Positions 17,144 through 27,558 are shown, counted from the stretch's first letter. The stretch: 64,000 bases of DNA from Actinomycetota bacterium (GCA_046726275.1 JBKPAF010000054.1:471-64470); one strand, 5' to 3'. Program-made: numbers and translations. The notes: generated by a model not told the origin, from the letters alone.

Positions 17144-18417
17144 ACGGCCTTCGCGTCGCTGCCGCCCGCACGTTCCGGTCACTCGGCGTGCGCAACTACC
17201 GCCTGTACTTCCTCGGACAGATCATCTCGATGAGTGGCACGTGGATGCAGTCCGTCGCCCAGGCGTGGCTCGTCCTCGAGCTTACCGGGAGCGGGATCGC
17301 CCTCGGCGCGGTCACCGCGCTGCAGTTCCTGCCGACCCTGGTACTGGGGCCGTGGGGTGGTCTCGTCGCCGACCGTGTCGACAAGCGACGGCTCCTGGTC
17401 TGGACGCAGAGCGCTTCGGCCATCTTTGCGCTCGTCCTCGGCATCCTTACGGTCACCCATGTGGTGACGCTGGAGATGGTGTACGCGCTCGCCCTCGGGC
17501 TGGGTCTGGTGACCATGGTGGACATGCCCGCCCGCCAGGCATTCGTGATCGAGATGGTTGGCCGCGACCAGTTGACGAACGCCGTGAGCCTGAATGGCGT
17601 GATCGTGAACGCGAGCCGGGTGATCGGTCCGGCGGTGGCCGGCGCCCTGATCGCCACCGTCGGGGTCGGCATCTGCTTCCTGGTAAACGGAGCTTCGTAC
17701 ATCGCCGTGATCGCCGGACTGTTGATGATGCGCACGGCCCAGCTCCACCGTTCCCAGGCGACCACGCGGCACCGCGGGCAGCTTCGAGAAGGGCTCCGCT
17801 ACGTGTGGCGCACTCCAGAGCTCCGGATCCCGTTGCTCCTGATGGCCGTGGTCGGCGCCATCGGATTCAACTTCTCGGTCCTGCTGCCGCTGATGGTGCG
17901 GTTCGCCTTCGAGGCGGGTGCCGGCGCATTCGGGGCGCTGTTCTCCGTGATGGGTGCCGGAGCCGTGGCCGGTGGGTTGGCGGTCGCGGGCTGGGGGCGG
18001 GCCTCGGGTCGCCTGCAGGCCGGGGCAGCCGTGGCCTTCGGCGGATTCCTGGCGCTGGCCGCGGTGGCACCCACGCTCCACTTCGAGATGGTAGCGATGC
18101 TGCCGTTGGGCGTGGCCAGCACCGCATTCATCGCCGTGTCCAACTCGCTCCTCCAGCTCGGCGCGATGCCCCAGATGCGCGGCAGGGTGATGGGCCTGTT
18201 CGCCGTGGTGTTCCTCGGGACGACGCCGATCGGCGGACCGCTGATGGGATGGATCGCGGAGCACCTCGGACCTCGCGGGGCGATGGGGATCGCGGCCGGA
18301 GTGACCGTCGCGGCCGGCCTGGTCACGCTCCTGGCGTTGCGACGTGCGCGACCCAAGCCCGCCACCGAGCAACCGGTGATCCTCGAGAGCGCTCGTCAGG
18401 GCGTCGCCGCACCCTGA
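17140..18417 (+). CDS. MFS transporter (EntS/MFS_3-like efflux type)
   Basis: Track ORF of 425 aa with about 12 TM helices. N-terminal FRSLGVRNYRLYFLGQIISMSGTWMQ...GGLVADRVDKRRLL is typical of this MFS subgroup. It is translationally coupled to marR. Confidence 0.85.
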   Translation: MNGLRVAAARTFRSLGVRNYRLYFLGQIISMSGTWMQSVAQAWLVLELTGSGIALGAVTALQFLPTLVLGPWGGLVADRVDKRRLLVWTQSASAIFALVLGILTVTHVVTLEMVYALALGLGLVTMVDMPARQAFVIEMVGRDQLTNAVSLNGVIVNASRVIGPAVAGALIATVGVGICFLVNGASYIAVIAGLLMMRTAQLHRSQATTRHRGQLREGLRYVWRTPELRIPLLLMAVVGAIGFNFSVLLPLMVRFAFEAGAGAFGALFSVMGAGAVAGGLAVAGWGRASGRLQAGAAVAFGGFLALAAVAPTLHFEMVAMLPLGVASTAFIAVSNSLLQLGAMPQMRGRVMGLFAVVFLGTTPIGGPLMGWIAEHLGPRGAMGIAAGVTVAAGLVTLLALRRARPKPATEQPVILESARQGVAAP

Positions 18418-18441
18418 CGAGTCGAGGCGACGATCCTCTCG

Positions 18442-19146
18442 TCAGACGGGTGTGACGAAGATGGGCGTCGTGGTGGGTTGAGGGCTCCCGCCGGCTGGTT
18501 CGACGCTCATCGCGACCGCAACGAACGACTCCCCAAGGACCACCGGCGCCACCACCGTCCCGTTCTGTGGCACGAATGTCCCGGCCGGGACCATGTTCGC
18601 TCCGGCCCGGGGCTGATACCAGAGCTCGTACACCCTTCCACCTGAGAGGGCTGGAAGGGATCCGACGGCAAGCGCCTGGGTCTGGCCCTTCACGTACACG
18701 ATGGTGAGCTGTTGCGCCCCAGACCTGTACGTGACCCGAGCCAGGGGAGCCGGCTTGGGTGAGACCGCGTACCCGGCCAGGCCGCCCAGCAGGGCGATCG
18801 CGGCGGCCACCGCAACCGCGGCTACCAGCTTCTGGACCCTGCCCCCTCCCCGGACGACGCCCAGCCTAGGTGGAGCCGACTCTCGCGGTGTGGCCGACGG
18901 TGAACGGGCAGCGCGGATGAGCGCTTCCTCGGCGCCGGCGGACATTCCCACGGGCTCCACGACCGCCGCCAGCTGGGAGGCCACCTGGCGGTACTCGGAC
19001 TCGAGCAGTAGACATTGGGCGCAGTCCGGGCCGTGTTCCGCCCGGAGCTGGACCAGCTCTCGGCGGCCGTTCTCGTCCAGCCCGTCGAGCGCGTCCGCCG
19101 CGATGAGCTCTTCGATCTGGTCGTGCGGCCGCTGTTCGGACCTCAT
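18442..19146 (-). CDS. Anti-sigma factor, RskA-like (single TM)
   Basis: In-frame ATG at 19146 in track ORF 18442..19530, with a 4-nt overlap with the sigma gene stop. It has an N-terminal anti-sigma helix region (ELIAADALDGL...CAQCLLLESEY), the TM helix LVAAVAVAAAIALLGGLAGYAV, and a C-terminal YELWYQP...MVPAGTF RskA-type domain. Confidence 0.75.
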   Translation of the reverse strand: MRSEQRPHDQIEELIAADALDGLDENGRRELVQLRAEHGPDCAQCLLLESEYRQVASQLAAVVEPVGMSAGAEEALIRAARSPSATPRESAPPRLGVVRGGGRVQKLVAAVAVAAAIALLGGLAGYAVSPKPAPLARVTYRSGAQQLTIVYVKGQTQALAVGSLPALSGGRVYELWYQPRAGANMVPAGTFVPQNGTVVAPVVLGESFVAVAMSVEPAGGSPQPTTTPIFVTPV

Positions 19147-19754
19147 CGTTCCTCTCCCAGAAGGAGACGGAGCCTTCGCATCCCGAGCAGGGTGCGGCTC
19201 TTGACCGTTCCGAGGGGGAGTCCCAGGTCGTCCGAGATGTCGGCCTGCGACTTTCCCTCGAAATACATCAGCTCCAGGACCTGCCGCTGGGCGGCCGGAA
19301 GGTCGTCGAGAGCGCGTCGCACCCGCTTCCTGGTCCCGGCGAGGTCGACCCGCTGGGCGACCGAGTCCGCGATGTCCTCCTGGAGCACCTCGGCGGGTTG
19401 CTGCTCCTGGCCGCGTCGGCGTTGGGCCTCCTCGCGCCTGACCAGATCGACCGCTCTGTGGTGAACGGTGGCCAGCAACCACACCCGAAAGCTGCCTCGC
19501 TCCTCCCGGTAGCTCCCGGGATCTCTCCACAGGGCCAGGAACGCCTCCTGCACGATCTCCTCCGCCAAGAACGAGTGCCGGACCACCTTGTATGCCAGGC
19601 CCTTGGCCAACGGTCCGTACCGCCGGAACAGGGCGCGGAAGGGTTCCTCATCACCCGCGCGGATCTGCTTGACCAGGTCGCGGTCCTGGGCGTCTTCGAT
19701 GCTAGGGACGGCCACGACGGGTCTCCATACGTCCGGCAGGCCCGATTCGAGCAC
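19143..19754 (-). CDS. ECF (sigma-70 family) RNA polymerase sigma factor
   Basis: Track ORF of 203 aa. Region 2: FRALFRRYGPLAKGLAYKVVRH...AEEIVQEAFLALWR. Region 4: LPAAQRQVLELMYFEGKSQADISDDLGLPLGTVKSR. The exact start is uncertain. Confidence 0.9.
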   Translation of the reverse strand: MLESGLPDVWRPVVAVPSIEDAQDRDLVKQIRAGDEEPFRALFRRYGPLAKGLAYKVVRHSFLAEEIVQEAFLALWRDPGSYREERGSFRVWLLATVHHRAVDLVRREEAQRRRGQEQQPAEVLQEDIADSVAQRVDLAGTRKRVRRALDDLPAAQRQVLELMYFEGKSQADISDDLGLPLGTVKSRTLLGMRRLRLLLGEER

Positions 19755-19874
19755 GACGAGTTCGGTCGTGGCCGCAGGTGGGCTCAGGATGCTCAGGCTC
19801 CTCTCGCTTCCAGCGTGATTCGCAGCCGCCGGCCGAACGGATCATCCGGAACCGTGGGGATCGCATGGCGACGG

Positions 19875-21812
19875 TCAGAGGTGGGCCTTGATCGCGTCCA
19901 GGGACCCCGGGTTCTCCAGGCTGGACAGGTCGCCTGGGTCCTGGCCCAGGACGAGTGAACGGAGCGCTCGCCGGACGATCTTCGCGCTGCGGGTCTTGGG
20001 CAGCTCGTCCACGAACATCACCCGGGAGGGCTTGAACGCCTTCCCCAGATGGGCGGCGACCGCCCCGGCCAGCTCTCCGGCGAGCTCGGCCGTGCGCTCG
20101 ATCCCGGGCTTGGTGAGGACGAAGCACCAGATGGCCTCGCCTTTGATCTCGTCCGGGACGCCCACTGCGGCGCTCTCGGCAACCGCCGGATGGTGGGCGA
20201 GGGCACTCTCGACCTCGGCCGGCCCCACCCGCTTGCCGGCGATGTTCATCGTGTCGTCCGACCGTCCGTGCAGGAACCAGAACCCGTCCTCGTCCCGGCT
20301 GGCCCAGTCGCCGTGCACCCACACGTCCGGCCACCTGCTCCAGTAGGTCGCCAGGTAGCGATCGGGATCGCGCCAGATGCCCCGGGTCATTCCGGGCCAC
20401 GGCTTCTTGCACACCAGCTCGCCCACTTCCCCCGGCCCGACTGGACGACCCTCCGCGTCCCAGATGTCGACGTCCATCCCCAGAGCGGGGCCCCGCAGGG
20501 TGCACGGCTTGAGGTCCGTGATGGGAAGCGGAGAGAGGAAACACGCGCCCACCTCGGTGCCTCCGGAGAGGTTGATGATCGGGCATCTCCCACCCCCGAC
20601 CACGTCCTGGAACCACAGGTACGGGTCCGGATTCCACGGCTCGCCGGTGGACCCGAGGATGCGTAATGAGGAAAGGTCATGCCGCTGGACCATGTCGTCG
20701 CCCGCCGGGATGAGGGCGCGGATCAGGGTAGGGGAGACGCCCAGGGTCGTGATGCGATGCCGCTCCACCATGTCCCAGATCCGGTCCGGTCCGGGATGGT
20801 TCGGCGCGCCGTCGAACAGGAACACGGTCGCCCCGAGGGCCCCCGCCCCGATGATCTCCCAAGGCCCCATGATCCACCCGAGATCGGTGACCCAGAACAG
20901 GATCTCATCCCGGTGCAGATCGGCCTGGTAGGCCACCTCCTCCGCCAGCTTGATCAGCAAGCCGCCGTGGACGTGGACCGAGCCCTTGGGCCGCCCGGTG
21001 GTCCCGGACGTGTACGCGATGAATAACGGGTGCTCGGGTTCGAGCCGCTCGTTCTCGAAGCTGGGCTGCTGGCGGTCCAGGAGCTCGTCCCACCGATGGT
21101 CGTGCCGTCCATCCCAAGGCATGTCGGACCGTCCGAGCCGCCCCCACACCACCATGTGCTGCACCGTGGGGGAGGCCGCCACGGCCTCGTCCGCGGTTTC
21201 CTTCATAGGGACCACCTTGCCGCGGCGGGTCGTCCCATCGGCAGTGATCAGGACCGAGGCTTCGGCGTCCTGGAGGCGGGTGGCGACCGCGTCCGCGGCA
21301 TAGCCCGAGAAGATGGGCAGATACACCGCCCCGAGCTTCGCGCAGGCCAAGGTGACGGCAACGGTCTCCGGGGCCATGGGCATGAACACCCCGACAGCGT
21401 CGCCTGCCTTCACACCCAGCTCGCGGAGGCCGCCCGCCGTTCGATCGGCCATCTCCCGGAGCTCTCGGTACGTCACGGACCGAGCGGGGCCCTCCTCGCC
21501 CTCCCAGAGGATGGCCACCTTGTCAGGCGTGCGATCCGCCCATCGGTCCACGCAGTTGTGGGCGAGGTTGATCCTTCCTCCGACGAACCATTTAGCCCAC
21601 GGCTTGCCCTCGGATTCGTCCAGGACCTGGGTATACGGTTCGTAGAACTCGATCCCGAGGTCCCGGACGACCGCCTCCCAGAACCACTCCACGTCGTCCT
21701 GGGACCGCTTGACCAGCTCCTCGTACGAGCCAAGACCGTGCGCGCGCATCAACCGGGTGACGTTGGCCCGCGTCACATAATCTTCAGAGGGACTCCACAC
21801 GATGTCGCCCAC
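19875..21812 (-). CDS. AMP-forming acyl-CoA synthetase (acetyl/propionyl-CoA synthetase family)
   Basis: In-frame GTG at 21812 in track ORF 19875..22052, with GGGAGG about 7 nt upstream. Motifs: YTSGTTGRPKG, WWQTE-like WVTDLGWIMG, GDWASRDEDGFWFLHGRSDD, LPKTRSAKIVRR. Confidence 0.9.
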   Translation of the reverse strand: MGDIVWSPSEDYVTRANVTRLMRAHGLGSYEELVKRSQDDVEWFWEAVVRDLGIEFYEPYTQVLDESEGKPWAKWFVGGRINLAHNCVDRWADRTPDKVAILWEGEEGPARSVTYRELREMADRTAGGLRELGVKAGDAVGVFMPMAPETVAVTLACAKLGAVYLPIFSGYAADAVATRLQDAEASVLITADGTTRRGKVVPMKETADEAVAASPTVQHMVVWGRLGRSDMPWDGRHDHRWDELLDRQQPSFENERLEPEHPLFIAYTSGTTGRPKGSVHVHGGLLIKLAEEVAYQADLHRDEILFWVTDLGWIMGPWEIIGAGALGATVFLFDGAPNHPGPDRIWDMVERHRITTLGVSPTLIRALIPAGDDMVQRHDLSSLRILGSTGEPWNPDPYLWFQDVVGGGRCPIINLSGGTEVGACFLSPLPITDLKPCTLRGPALGMDVDIWDAEGRPVGPGEVGELVCKKPWPGMTRGIWRDPDRYLATYWSRWPDVWVHGDWASRDEDGFWFLHGRSDDTMNIAGKRVGPAEVESALAHHPAVAESAAVGVPDEIKGEAIWCFVLTKPGIERTAELAGELAGAVAAHLGKAFKPSRVMFVDELPKTRSAKIVRRALRSLVLGQDPGDLSSLENPGSLDAIKAHL

Positions 21813-21873
21813 GGGCGCCTCCCACGTCCCCGGCCGGCCTGTACGCTTCCTGCTTGTACCCTTCACAAGACTA

Positions 21874-23211
21874 ATGGGACGAGTTTCCGCCGATCCTATG
21901 CCACGGCCGCGAGGCCACCGCGCCAGCCTGGCGTTTCTCGTGACGGCCGGCGTTCTCTCCCTGCTGGTGGCTGTCGGGTCGGGGCTGGCCATTGCCACCA
22001 TCCGGCGAGTCGATGCCAGGATCACCAAGATCCCGGTCGGCTCGGGGTGCAAGGGTCAGGAATGCCTGCCGAACGTGGATCCCGTATGTATCCGGAAGGC
22101 CTGCACGTTCCTGGTCCTGGGCAGCGACAGCCGGCAAGGGCTCACCAAGAAGCAGCAGCGAGCGCTCGGGACGAACGCGAGATTGGTGGGCGGGCAGCGC
22201 TCGGACACGATCATCGTCGTCCAGGTGGACCCGCAGAAGGACCGCACGGTGGTGTTGTCGATCCCCAGGGACCTCCGGGTGCCGATCCCCGGCCACGGCA
22301 TCAACAAGATCAACACCGCGTTCAGCCACGGGCCCGACGTGATGGTTCGCACGGTGGAGAAGCTCACGGGCCTCCAGATCAATCACTACGTCGAGGTGAA
22401 CTTCATCGGCTTCGAGCGCCTGGTGGATGCCCTGGGTGGTGTCCCGATCTGTATCGACCGGCCGATGAAGGACAGGCTGGCCCGGTTGAACCTTCCCCGG
22501 GCGGGCTGCTACAACCTGGATGGGAAGCGCGCGCTGGGCTTCGTACGGGCGCGCCACATCGAAGGGGACGCGATCCCCGACTTCTCCCGAATCTCCCGCC
22601 AGCAGAAGTTCATGAGGGCCCTGATCGAGAAGTCCATGTCGATCGGATCGGCTTTTCACATCCCGGAGCTCATCCGCGCCGTCCAGAACAACCTGATCGT
22701 GGACGAGAACATGAACATCTATGCGCTGCAAGACCTCACCGAGAAGCTGGGCCGGCTCGGCCAGCGGCACGTCCACTTCCGGATCGTTCCGGCCGTGCCC
22801 ATCCAGCGCGACGGGGTCGACTACCTCCAACTCCTCGAGCCGCAAGCGTCGAGGTTGTTCGCGAGGATGCGCGAGGGCAGAGCTCTCGGAAGCATCGGGC
22901 GCGAGGCGTCGCTTACCCCGCTGTCGCCCGCGAACGTGACCATCCAGGTCCTGGATGCGAGCTCGGGAAGCCGAGCCGCGGAGGTGGTCCAATACCTGCG
23001 GAGGGCTGGGTTCGTGGTCCTCACGCTGAAGCCGGCCCCGCCCGAGTTGAACCGTTCGGTGATCCTGTGGGGGCATCGGGAGGCCAAGCCCAAGGAGGCC
23101 GTGGCTACGTACCTCCCATCGCTCGACGTCGTGAACGACCAGCAGCACACGCAGGGCTCGATCGTCACCGTGGTGGTGGCGCCTGACTTCCCGCCGATCG
23201 AGGGCATCTGA
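21874..23211 (+). CDS. LytR-CpsA-Psr (LCP) family cell-envelope phosphotransferase with LytR_C domain
   Basis: In-frame ATG at 21874 in track ORF 21802..23211. One TM helix, then LVLGSDSR...RSDTIIVVQVDP...SIPRDL...KINTAF...VNFIGFERLVDALGGV (LCP core). The C-terminal VTIQVLDASSGSRAAE segment is LytR_C-like. Confidence 0.85.
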   Translation: MGRVSADPMPRPRGHRASLAFLVTAGVLSLLVAVGSGLAIATIRRVDARITKIPVGSGCKGQECLPNVDPVCIRKACTFLVLGSDSRQGLTKKQQRALGTNARLVGGQRSDTIIVVQVDPQKDRTVVLSIPRDLRVPIPGHGINKINTAFSHGPDVMVRTVEKLTGLQINHYVEVNFIGFERLVDALGGVPICIDRPMKDRLARLNLPRAGCYNLDGKRALGFVRARHIEGDAIPDFSRISRQQKFMRALIEKSMSIGSAFHIPELIRAVQNNLIVDENMNIYALQDLTEKLGRLGQRHVHFRIVPAVPIQRDGVDYLQLLEPQASRLFARMREGRALGSIGREASLTPLSPANVTIQVLDASSGSRAAEVVQYLRRAGFVVLTLKPAPPELNRSVILWGHREAKPKEAVATYLPSLDVVNDQQHTQGSIVTVVVAPDFPPIEGI

Positions 23212-23235
23212 CGGTCCTCTAGACTCGGGCTCACC

Positions 23236-23529
23236 ATGCCGGTAGAGATCGACGTCGACCACGTCGCCAGGCTCGCCCGCCTCGCATTGACACCGGAGGA
23301 GCGGGAGCGTTTCCGTCGGCAGCTCGGGCTGATCCTCGAGCATGCCGAGAAAGTGGGCGAGGTCGCGGCGAAGGACGTCGTGCCCACCTCGCACCCCATC
23401 CCTCGGGCCAACGTGTTCCGCCCCGACGAGCCGGCGCCCTCGCTTCCCCACACGGAAGCTCTGACGGGCGCCCCAGAGGTGGAAGGCGGCCGGTTCAAGG
23501 TCCCCCGGATCCTTGAAGAAGAGGGCTAG
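23236..23529 (+). CDS. gatC: Asp/Glu-tRNA(Asn/Gln) amidotransferase subunit C
   Basis: Track ORF of 97 aa. VDHVARLARLALTPEE...F...QLGLILEHAEKV...PTSHP is typical GatC. It lies directly upstream of gatA. Confidence 0.9.
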   Translation: MPVEIDVDHVARLARLALTPEERERFRRQLGLILEHAEKVGEVAAKDVVPTSHPIPRANVFRPDEPAPSLPHTEALTGAPEVEGGRFKVPRILEEEG

Positions 23530-23531
23530 GC

Positions 23532-25013
23532 GTGGCTGAGCTGTGCGACCTCAGCGGACACGAGCTTGCTCCCCTCCTGAGGACGGGTGAGGCCTCGGCT
23601 ACCGCGATCGTGGAATCTGCCCTTCGGCGCATCGACGCGGTGGACGAGCGGCTGCACGCCTTCCTCGTGGTCACGGAGGGACTGGCCCGCCCGCGGGCCG
23701 AGGAGATCGACCGGGCGCTCCACGCCGGCCGCGAACTCCCCGCGGTGGCCGGCATTCCGCTGGCTCTGAAAGACGTCCTCTGCACGAGGGGCATCCGCAC
23801 GACCGCCGGTTCGAAGATCCTCGAGCCCTACGTCCCGCCGTACAGCTGCACGCCATGGCAGCGTCTGGACGACGCGTGGTCCCTCCTGATGGGAAAGACG
23901 AACTGCGACGAGTTCGCCATGGGTTCGTCCAACGAGAACTCTGCCTACGGTCCCGCCCACAATCCTTGGGACCTGGGCACCGTTCCGGGGGGTTCGTCTG
24001 GCGGCTCGGCGGCGGCCGTGGCCGCGGGCGAGGCGGTCTGGGCCCTCGGGACGGACACGGGCGGCTCGGTGCGTCAGCCGGCCTCGCTCTGCGGGGTGGT
24101 CGGCATGAAGCCGACGTACGGGCGCATCTCCCGGTATGGGCTGATCGCGTTCGCCTCCTCGTTGGATCACATCGGCGTGTTCTCCCGGGACGTTCGGGAC
24201 GCGGCGACCCTCCTTGGGGCGATCGCCGGGCACGATCCGATGGACGCCACGAGCCTGCCCGACCCTGTTCCCGACTATGCCGCCAGCCTCGAGGGTGGAG
24301 TGAAGGGCCTGAGGATCGGCTTGGTCGAGGACTGGCTCTCGACGGAGGGGGTGCAGCCGGGGGTGCGGGACCGCGTGCGGGAAGCGGTGGACCGGCTGGA
24401 GCGGCTGGGAACGTCCGTGGAGCCGGTCAGCCTCCCCAACGCCGAATACGCGCTCTCCGCCTACTACCTGCTCGCCCCCGCGGAGTGCTCCTCGAACCTC
24501 GCTCGCTACGACGGGGTCCGCTACGGCTTTCGCGCAGCGGACGGCCCCGACGTGATGGACATGAACCTGCGAACCCGGGGCCAGGGTTTCGGGGACGAGG
24601 TCAAGCGCCGAATCATGCTCGGCACCTACTCTCTGTCGGCCGGCTACTACGACGCCTACTACGGGCAGGCCCAGAAGGTCCGCACGCTGGTCATCCAGGA
24701 CTTCGACCGGGCGTTCGAGCGGTTCGACCTCCTGGTCGCGCCGACCTCGCCCACGACGGCGTTCAGGCTGGGCGAGAAGACCGAGGACCCGCTCGCGATG
24801 TACCTCTCCGACGTCTTCACGATCCCTTCGAACCTCTCGGGGATGCCCGCGATCAGCATCCCGTGCGGGTTGGGACCCGACGGCCTCCCGGTGGGCCTCC
24901 AGCTCATGGGCAGATTCCTGGACGAAGCGACCGTCCTCCGCGCGGCCTACGCGCTGGAGCAGGATCTCGGGGTCACGGACAGGCCGCCGCTGGTGGAGTC
25001 GCTGGGCGGCTAG
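23532..25013 (+). CDS. gatA: Asp/Glu-tRNA(Asn/Gln) amidotransferase subunit A
   Basis: Track ORF of 493 aa. Amidase signature: GGSSGGSAAAVAAGE...GTDTGGSVRQPAS. Also KDVLCTRGIRTTAGSKIL. Confidence 0.95.
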   Translation: MAELCDLSGHELAPLLRTGEASATAIVESALRRIDAVDERLHAFLVVTEGLARPRAEEIDRALHAGRELPAVAGIPLALKDVLCTRGIRTTAGSKILEPYVPPYSCTPWQRLDDAWSLLMGKTNCDEFAMGSSNENSAYGPAHNPWDLGTVPGGSSGGSAAAVAAGEAVWALGTDTGGSVRQPASLCGVVGMKPTYGRISRYGLIAFASSLDHIGVFSRDVRDAATLLGAIAGHDPMDATSLPDPVPDYAASLEGGVKGLRIGLVEDWLSTEGVQPGVRDRVREAVDRLERLGTSVEPVSLPNAEYALSAYYLLAPAECSSNLARYDGVRYGFRAADGPDVMDMNLRTRGQGFGDEVKRRIMLGTYSLSAGYYDAYYGQAQKVRTLVIQDFDRAFERFDLLVAPTSPTTAFRLGEKTEDPLAMYLSDVFTIPSNLSGMPAISIPCGLGPDGLPVGLQLMGRFLDEATVLRAAYALEQDLGVTDRPPLVESLGG

Positions 25014-26026
25014 CGGTCCCGAGAGCCGTCCAGGCAGGCGGCGTCCGGCGCGGCGTCGGCCGGGTCGCCCGGAGGGAACTTCCGCGCCGACAGCATCAGC
25101 GCGACAGCTGCCACAATGACCACACCTGCCAGCACCGTACGAGGCGTGATCGCCTCGGATAGGATCGCCCATCCCAGGAACACCGCCACCACCGGGTTGA
25201 CGTAGGCGTAGGTCGAGACCAGAGAGGTGGGCGCGGACCGGAGCAGCCAGACGTACGCGGAGAACGCCACCCACGATCCGAACACGATCAGATACGCCAG
25301 CCCGAAGAGGGAGGCGGTGGTGAACCGTTCCGGGTGGATGTCGGAGAACTCTCCGTGAATCGCGCCGGCGATCGCCAGCGCCACACCGCCCGCCAGCATC
25401 TCCATGCTCGTTGTGACCAGCGGTCGCGAGGGGAGCCGGGCGGTTCTCGAATACATCGAGCCGATGGACCAGCCGATCGCGGCCGCGAGCAAGATCACCA
25501 TCCCCACGGCATCGAGCTTCCCGCCGCCCGTCCCTCCCACCAGCAGGCCGAGTCCGCCGAAGCCCAGCACCAACCCGGCGATGGCCTGGGGGGCCAGGCG
25601 CTGCCCGAAGAAGATCCGGTCGATCATGGCCATCCACAGCGGGGTGGTGGCGATCACCAGCGCGGTCACGCCGGTGGGGACGCTGCGCTCGGCCAGGACC
25701 ACGCCGCCGTTGCCGACGAGGAGAAGGAGAACGCCGACGACGCAGGCCGCCCGCCACTGGGGCCATCCGGGACGGTCGGCCACGCGATCTCCCCGGCGGA
25801 TCGCCCACGCGTACAGGAGCGCTCCGGCGACGAGGAAGCGGACGGACGCCATGAGCAGGGGAGGAAGGGTCAGGACCGCCTCGCGGATGGCGAGGTAGGT
25901 GGACCCCCAGATCACGTAGACGGCCCCCAGGGCCAGCCAGATCAGCGCGGTGGAAGCCTGCCGCTGCGGCTCGCCGGCGGCGTTCACAAGGCGGACGCGG
26001 GATGAGCGCGTGGCACGACGGGCCAT
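25010..26026 (-). CDS. EamA/DMT-superfamily permease
   Basis: Track ORF of 338 aa with about 10 TM helices. It has duplicated EamA-type halves (IWGSTYLAIREAV... and WSIGSMYSR...). Confidence 0.85.
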   Translation of the reverse strand: MARRATRSSRVRLVNAAGEPQRQASTALIWLALGAVYVIWGSTYLAIREAVLTLPPLLMASVRFLVAGALLYAWAIRRGDRVADRPGWPQWRAACVVGVLLLLVGNGGVVLAERSVPTGVTALVIATTPLWMAMIDRIFFGQRLAPQAIAGLVLGFGGLGLLVGGTGGGKLDAVGMVILLAAAIGWSIGSMYSRTARLPSRPLVTTSMEMLAGGVALAIAGAIHGEFSDIHPERFTTASLFGLAYLIVFGSWVAFSAYVWLLRSAPTSLVSTYAYVNPVVAVFLGWAILSEAITPRTVLAGVVIVAAVALMLSARKFPPGDPADAAPDAACLDGSRDR

Positions 26027-26085
26027 CCACCCATGGTATCGAGGTCCGCTTCCCGGTCCTCCGGCCCGCTATCGTGTGATCCACC

Positions 26086-27540
26086 ATGGCCGACGCGTTC
26101 GAGACCGTCATCGGGCTGGAGTGCCACGTCGAGCTGGCAACGACGACGAAGATGTTCTGCGGTTGTCTCAACGAGTTCGGGGCCCCTCCGAACGTCAACG
26201 TGTGCCCGGTCTGCCTGGGGCACCCAGGGACGCTTCCGGTACCCAACGAGAAGGCCATCGAGTACACGATCAAGATCGGGCTCGCCCTCGATTGCGAGAT
26301 CGTCCCTCGATCGCTGTTCCACCGGAAGAACTACTTCTATCCGGACATGCCCAAGAACTTCCAGATCTCCCAGTACGACCTCCCGCTGTGCGTCAACGGC
26401 CACCTCGACATCGAGGTCGACCGGGAACCCCGTCGCATCGGCATCACCCGCGTCCACCTGGAGGAGGACACGGGCAAGACGGCCCATGCGGGGGCCACCG
26501 GACGGATCGGGGGGGCCGAGTATGCCCTGGAGGACTACAACCGGGCGGGCGTCCCTCTGGTCGAGGTGGTGTCCGAGCCCGATATGCGGACCCCGGAGGA
26601 GGCCCGCGCCTACTTCACTGAGCTCAGGGGCACCCTGGAGGCTCTGGGGGTATCGGACGTCCGCATGGAGGAAGGCTCCCTTCGGTGCGACGCCAATATC
26701 AGTGTTCGCGCGCCGGGCAGCCCGGAACTCGGCACCAAGGTCGAGATCAAGAACCTGAACTCGATCCGCTCGATCTACCAGGCGCTCCGATACGAGCAGG
26801 ACCGGCAGCTCGAGGCGATCAGGCGGGGCGAGAGGCTGATCCAGGAGACCCGGCACTGGGAGGAGAACCGTGGTGTCACGACCCACGGCCGGTCCAAGGA
26901 GTACGCGTTCGACTACCGGTACTTCCCCGAGCCCGACCTCGCGCCGATCGAGCCCGACCCGGAGTGGATCGAGAAGCTACGGGCGGAGCTGCCGGAGCTG
27001 CCCTCTTCCCGGCGGCGCCGGTTCGAGGACGCGTATGGCCTGGATCCCCGCCAAGGGGCGCTGGTCGGCGGGACCCGGGCGTGGGCCGACTTCTTCGAAC
27101 AGACCGTGTCGCTTGGCGCGGATCCGAAGGCCGTGGCGAACTGGATGAGCGGAGACCTGGCCGCTCTGCTCCGGGAAAACGCGCAGTCGATCGAAGGGTC
27201 GAAGGTCACCCCGCAGCACGTGGCCGATCTGATCCGGCTGTTCGCGGAAGGCATCATCTCCTCGGCGGGCGCGAAGACCGCCCTTCAGGTCGCATTCGAC
27301 TCGGGCCAGCCCATCGAACAGATCGTCGAGGAGAGAGGGCTCCGCCAGGTATCGGACGCCTCGGCCCTGGAGGGCGTGATCGACGAGGTGATCAGCGAGA
27401 ACCCGGGGCCGGCCGAGCAATTCCGCAAGGGCAAGGAGGGGGCACTCAATGCGCTGGTCGGCCATGTGATGAAGAAGACCAGGGGCGCGGCCAATCCCGG
27501 ACTGGCCGGCGAGCTCCTCCGTCAGCGGCTGACGGGCTGA
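26086..27540 (+). CDS. gatB: Asp/Glu-tRNA(Asn/Gln) amidotransferase subunit B
   Basis: Track ORF of 484 aa. Motifs: VIGLECHVEL, KMFCGC, NVNVCPVCLGHPGTLP, FHRKNYFYPDMPKNFQISQYD, RVHLEEDTGK. Confidence 0.95.
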   Translation: MADAFETVIGLECHVELATTTKMFCGCLNEFGAPPNVNVCPVCLGHPGTLPVPNEKAIEYTIKIGLALDCEIVPRSLFHRKNYFYPDMPKNFQISQYDLPLCVNGHLDIEVDREPRRIGITRVHLEEDTGKTAHAGATGRIGGAEYALEDYNRAGVPLVEVVSEPDMRTPEEARAYFTELRGTLEALGVSDVRMEEGSLRCDANISVRAPGSPELGTKVEIKNLNSIRSIYQALRYEQDRQLEAIRRGERLIQETRHWEENRGVTTHGRSKEYAFDYRYFPEPDLAPIEPDPEWIEKLRAELPELPSSRRRRFEDAYGLDPRQGALVGGTRAWADFFEQTVSLGADPKAVANWMSGDLAALLRENAQSIEGSKVTPQHVADLIRLFAEGIISSAGAKTALQVAFDSGQPIEQIVEERGLRQVSDASALEGVIDEVISENPGPAEQFRKGKEGALNALVGHVMKKTRGAANPGLAGELLRQRLTG

Positions 27541-27558
27541 GCCCCCACGTTCGAGCGC

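Noticed and set aside
23526-26273. Very long track ORFs on the opposite strand or in alternate frames of well-supported genes. Examples: 915 aa at 23526..26273, 924-aa 5' part at 4163..5569, 718 aa at 21030..23186, 741 aa at 32499..34724, 597 aa at 14041..15834, 655 aa at 50243..52210, 461 aa at 44574..45959, and 354 aa at 119..1183.
   Set aside because: These are typical high-GC shadow ORFs. They are Arg/Pro/Gly/Ala-rich with no motifs, and each fully overlaps a gene with clear family signatures. I did not annotate them.
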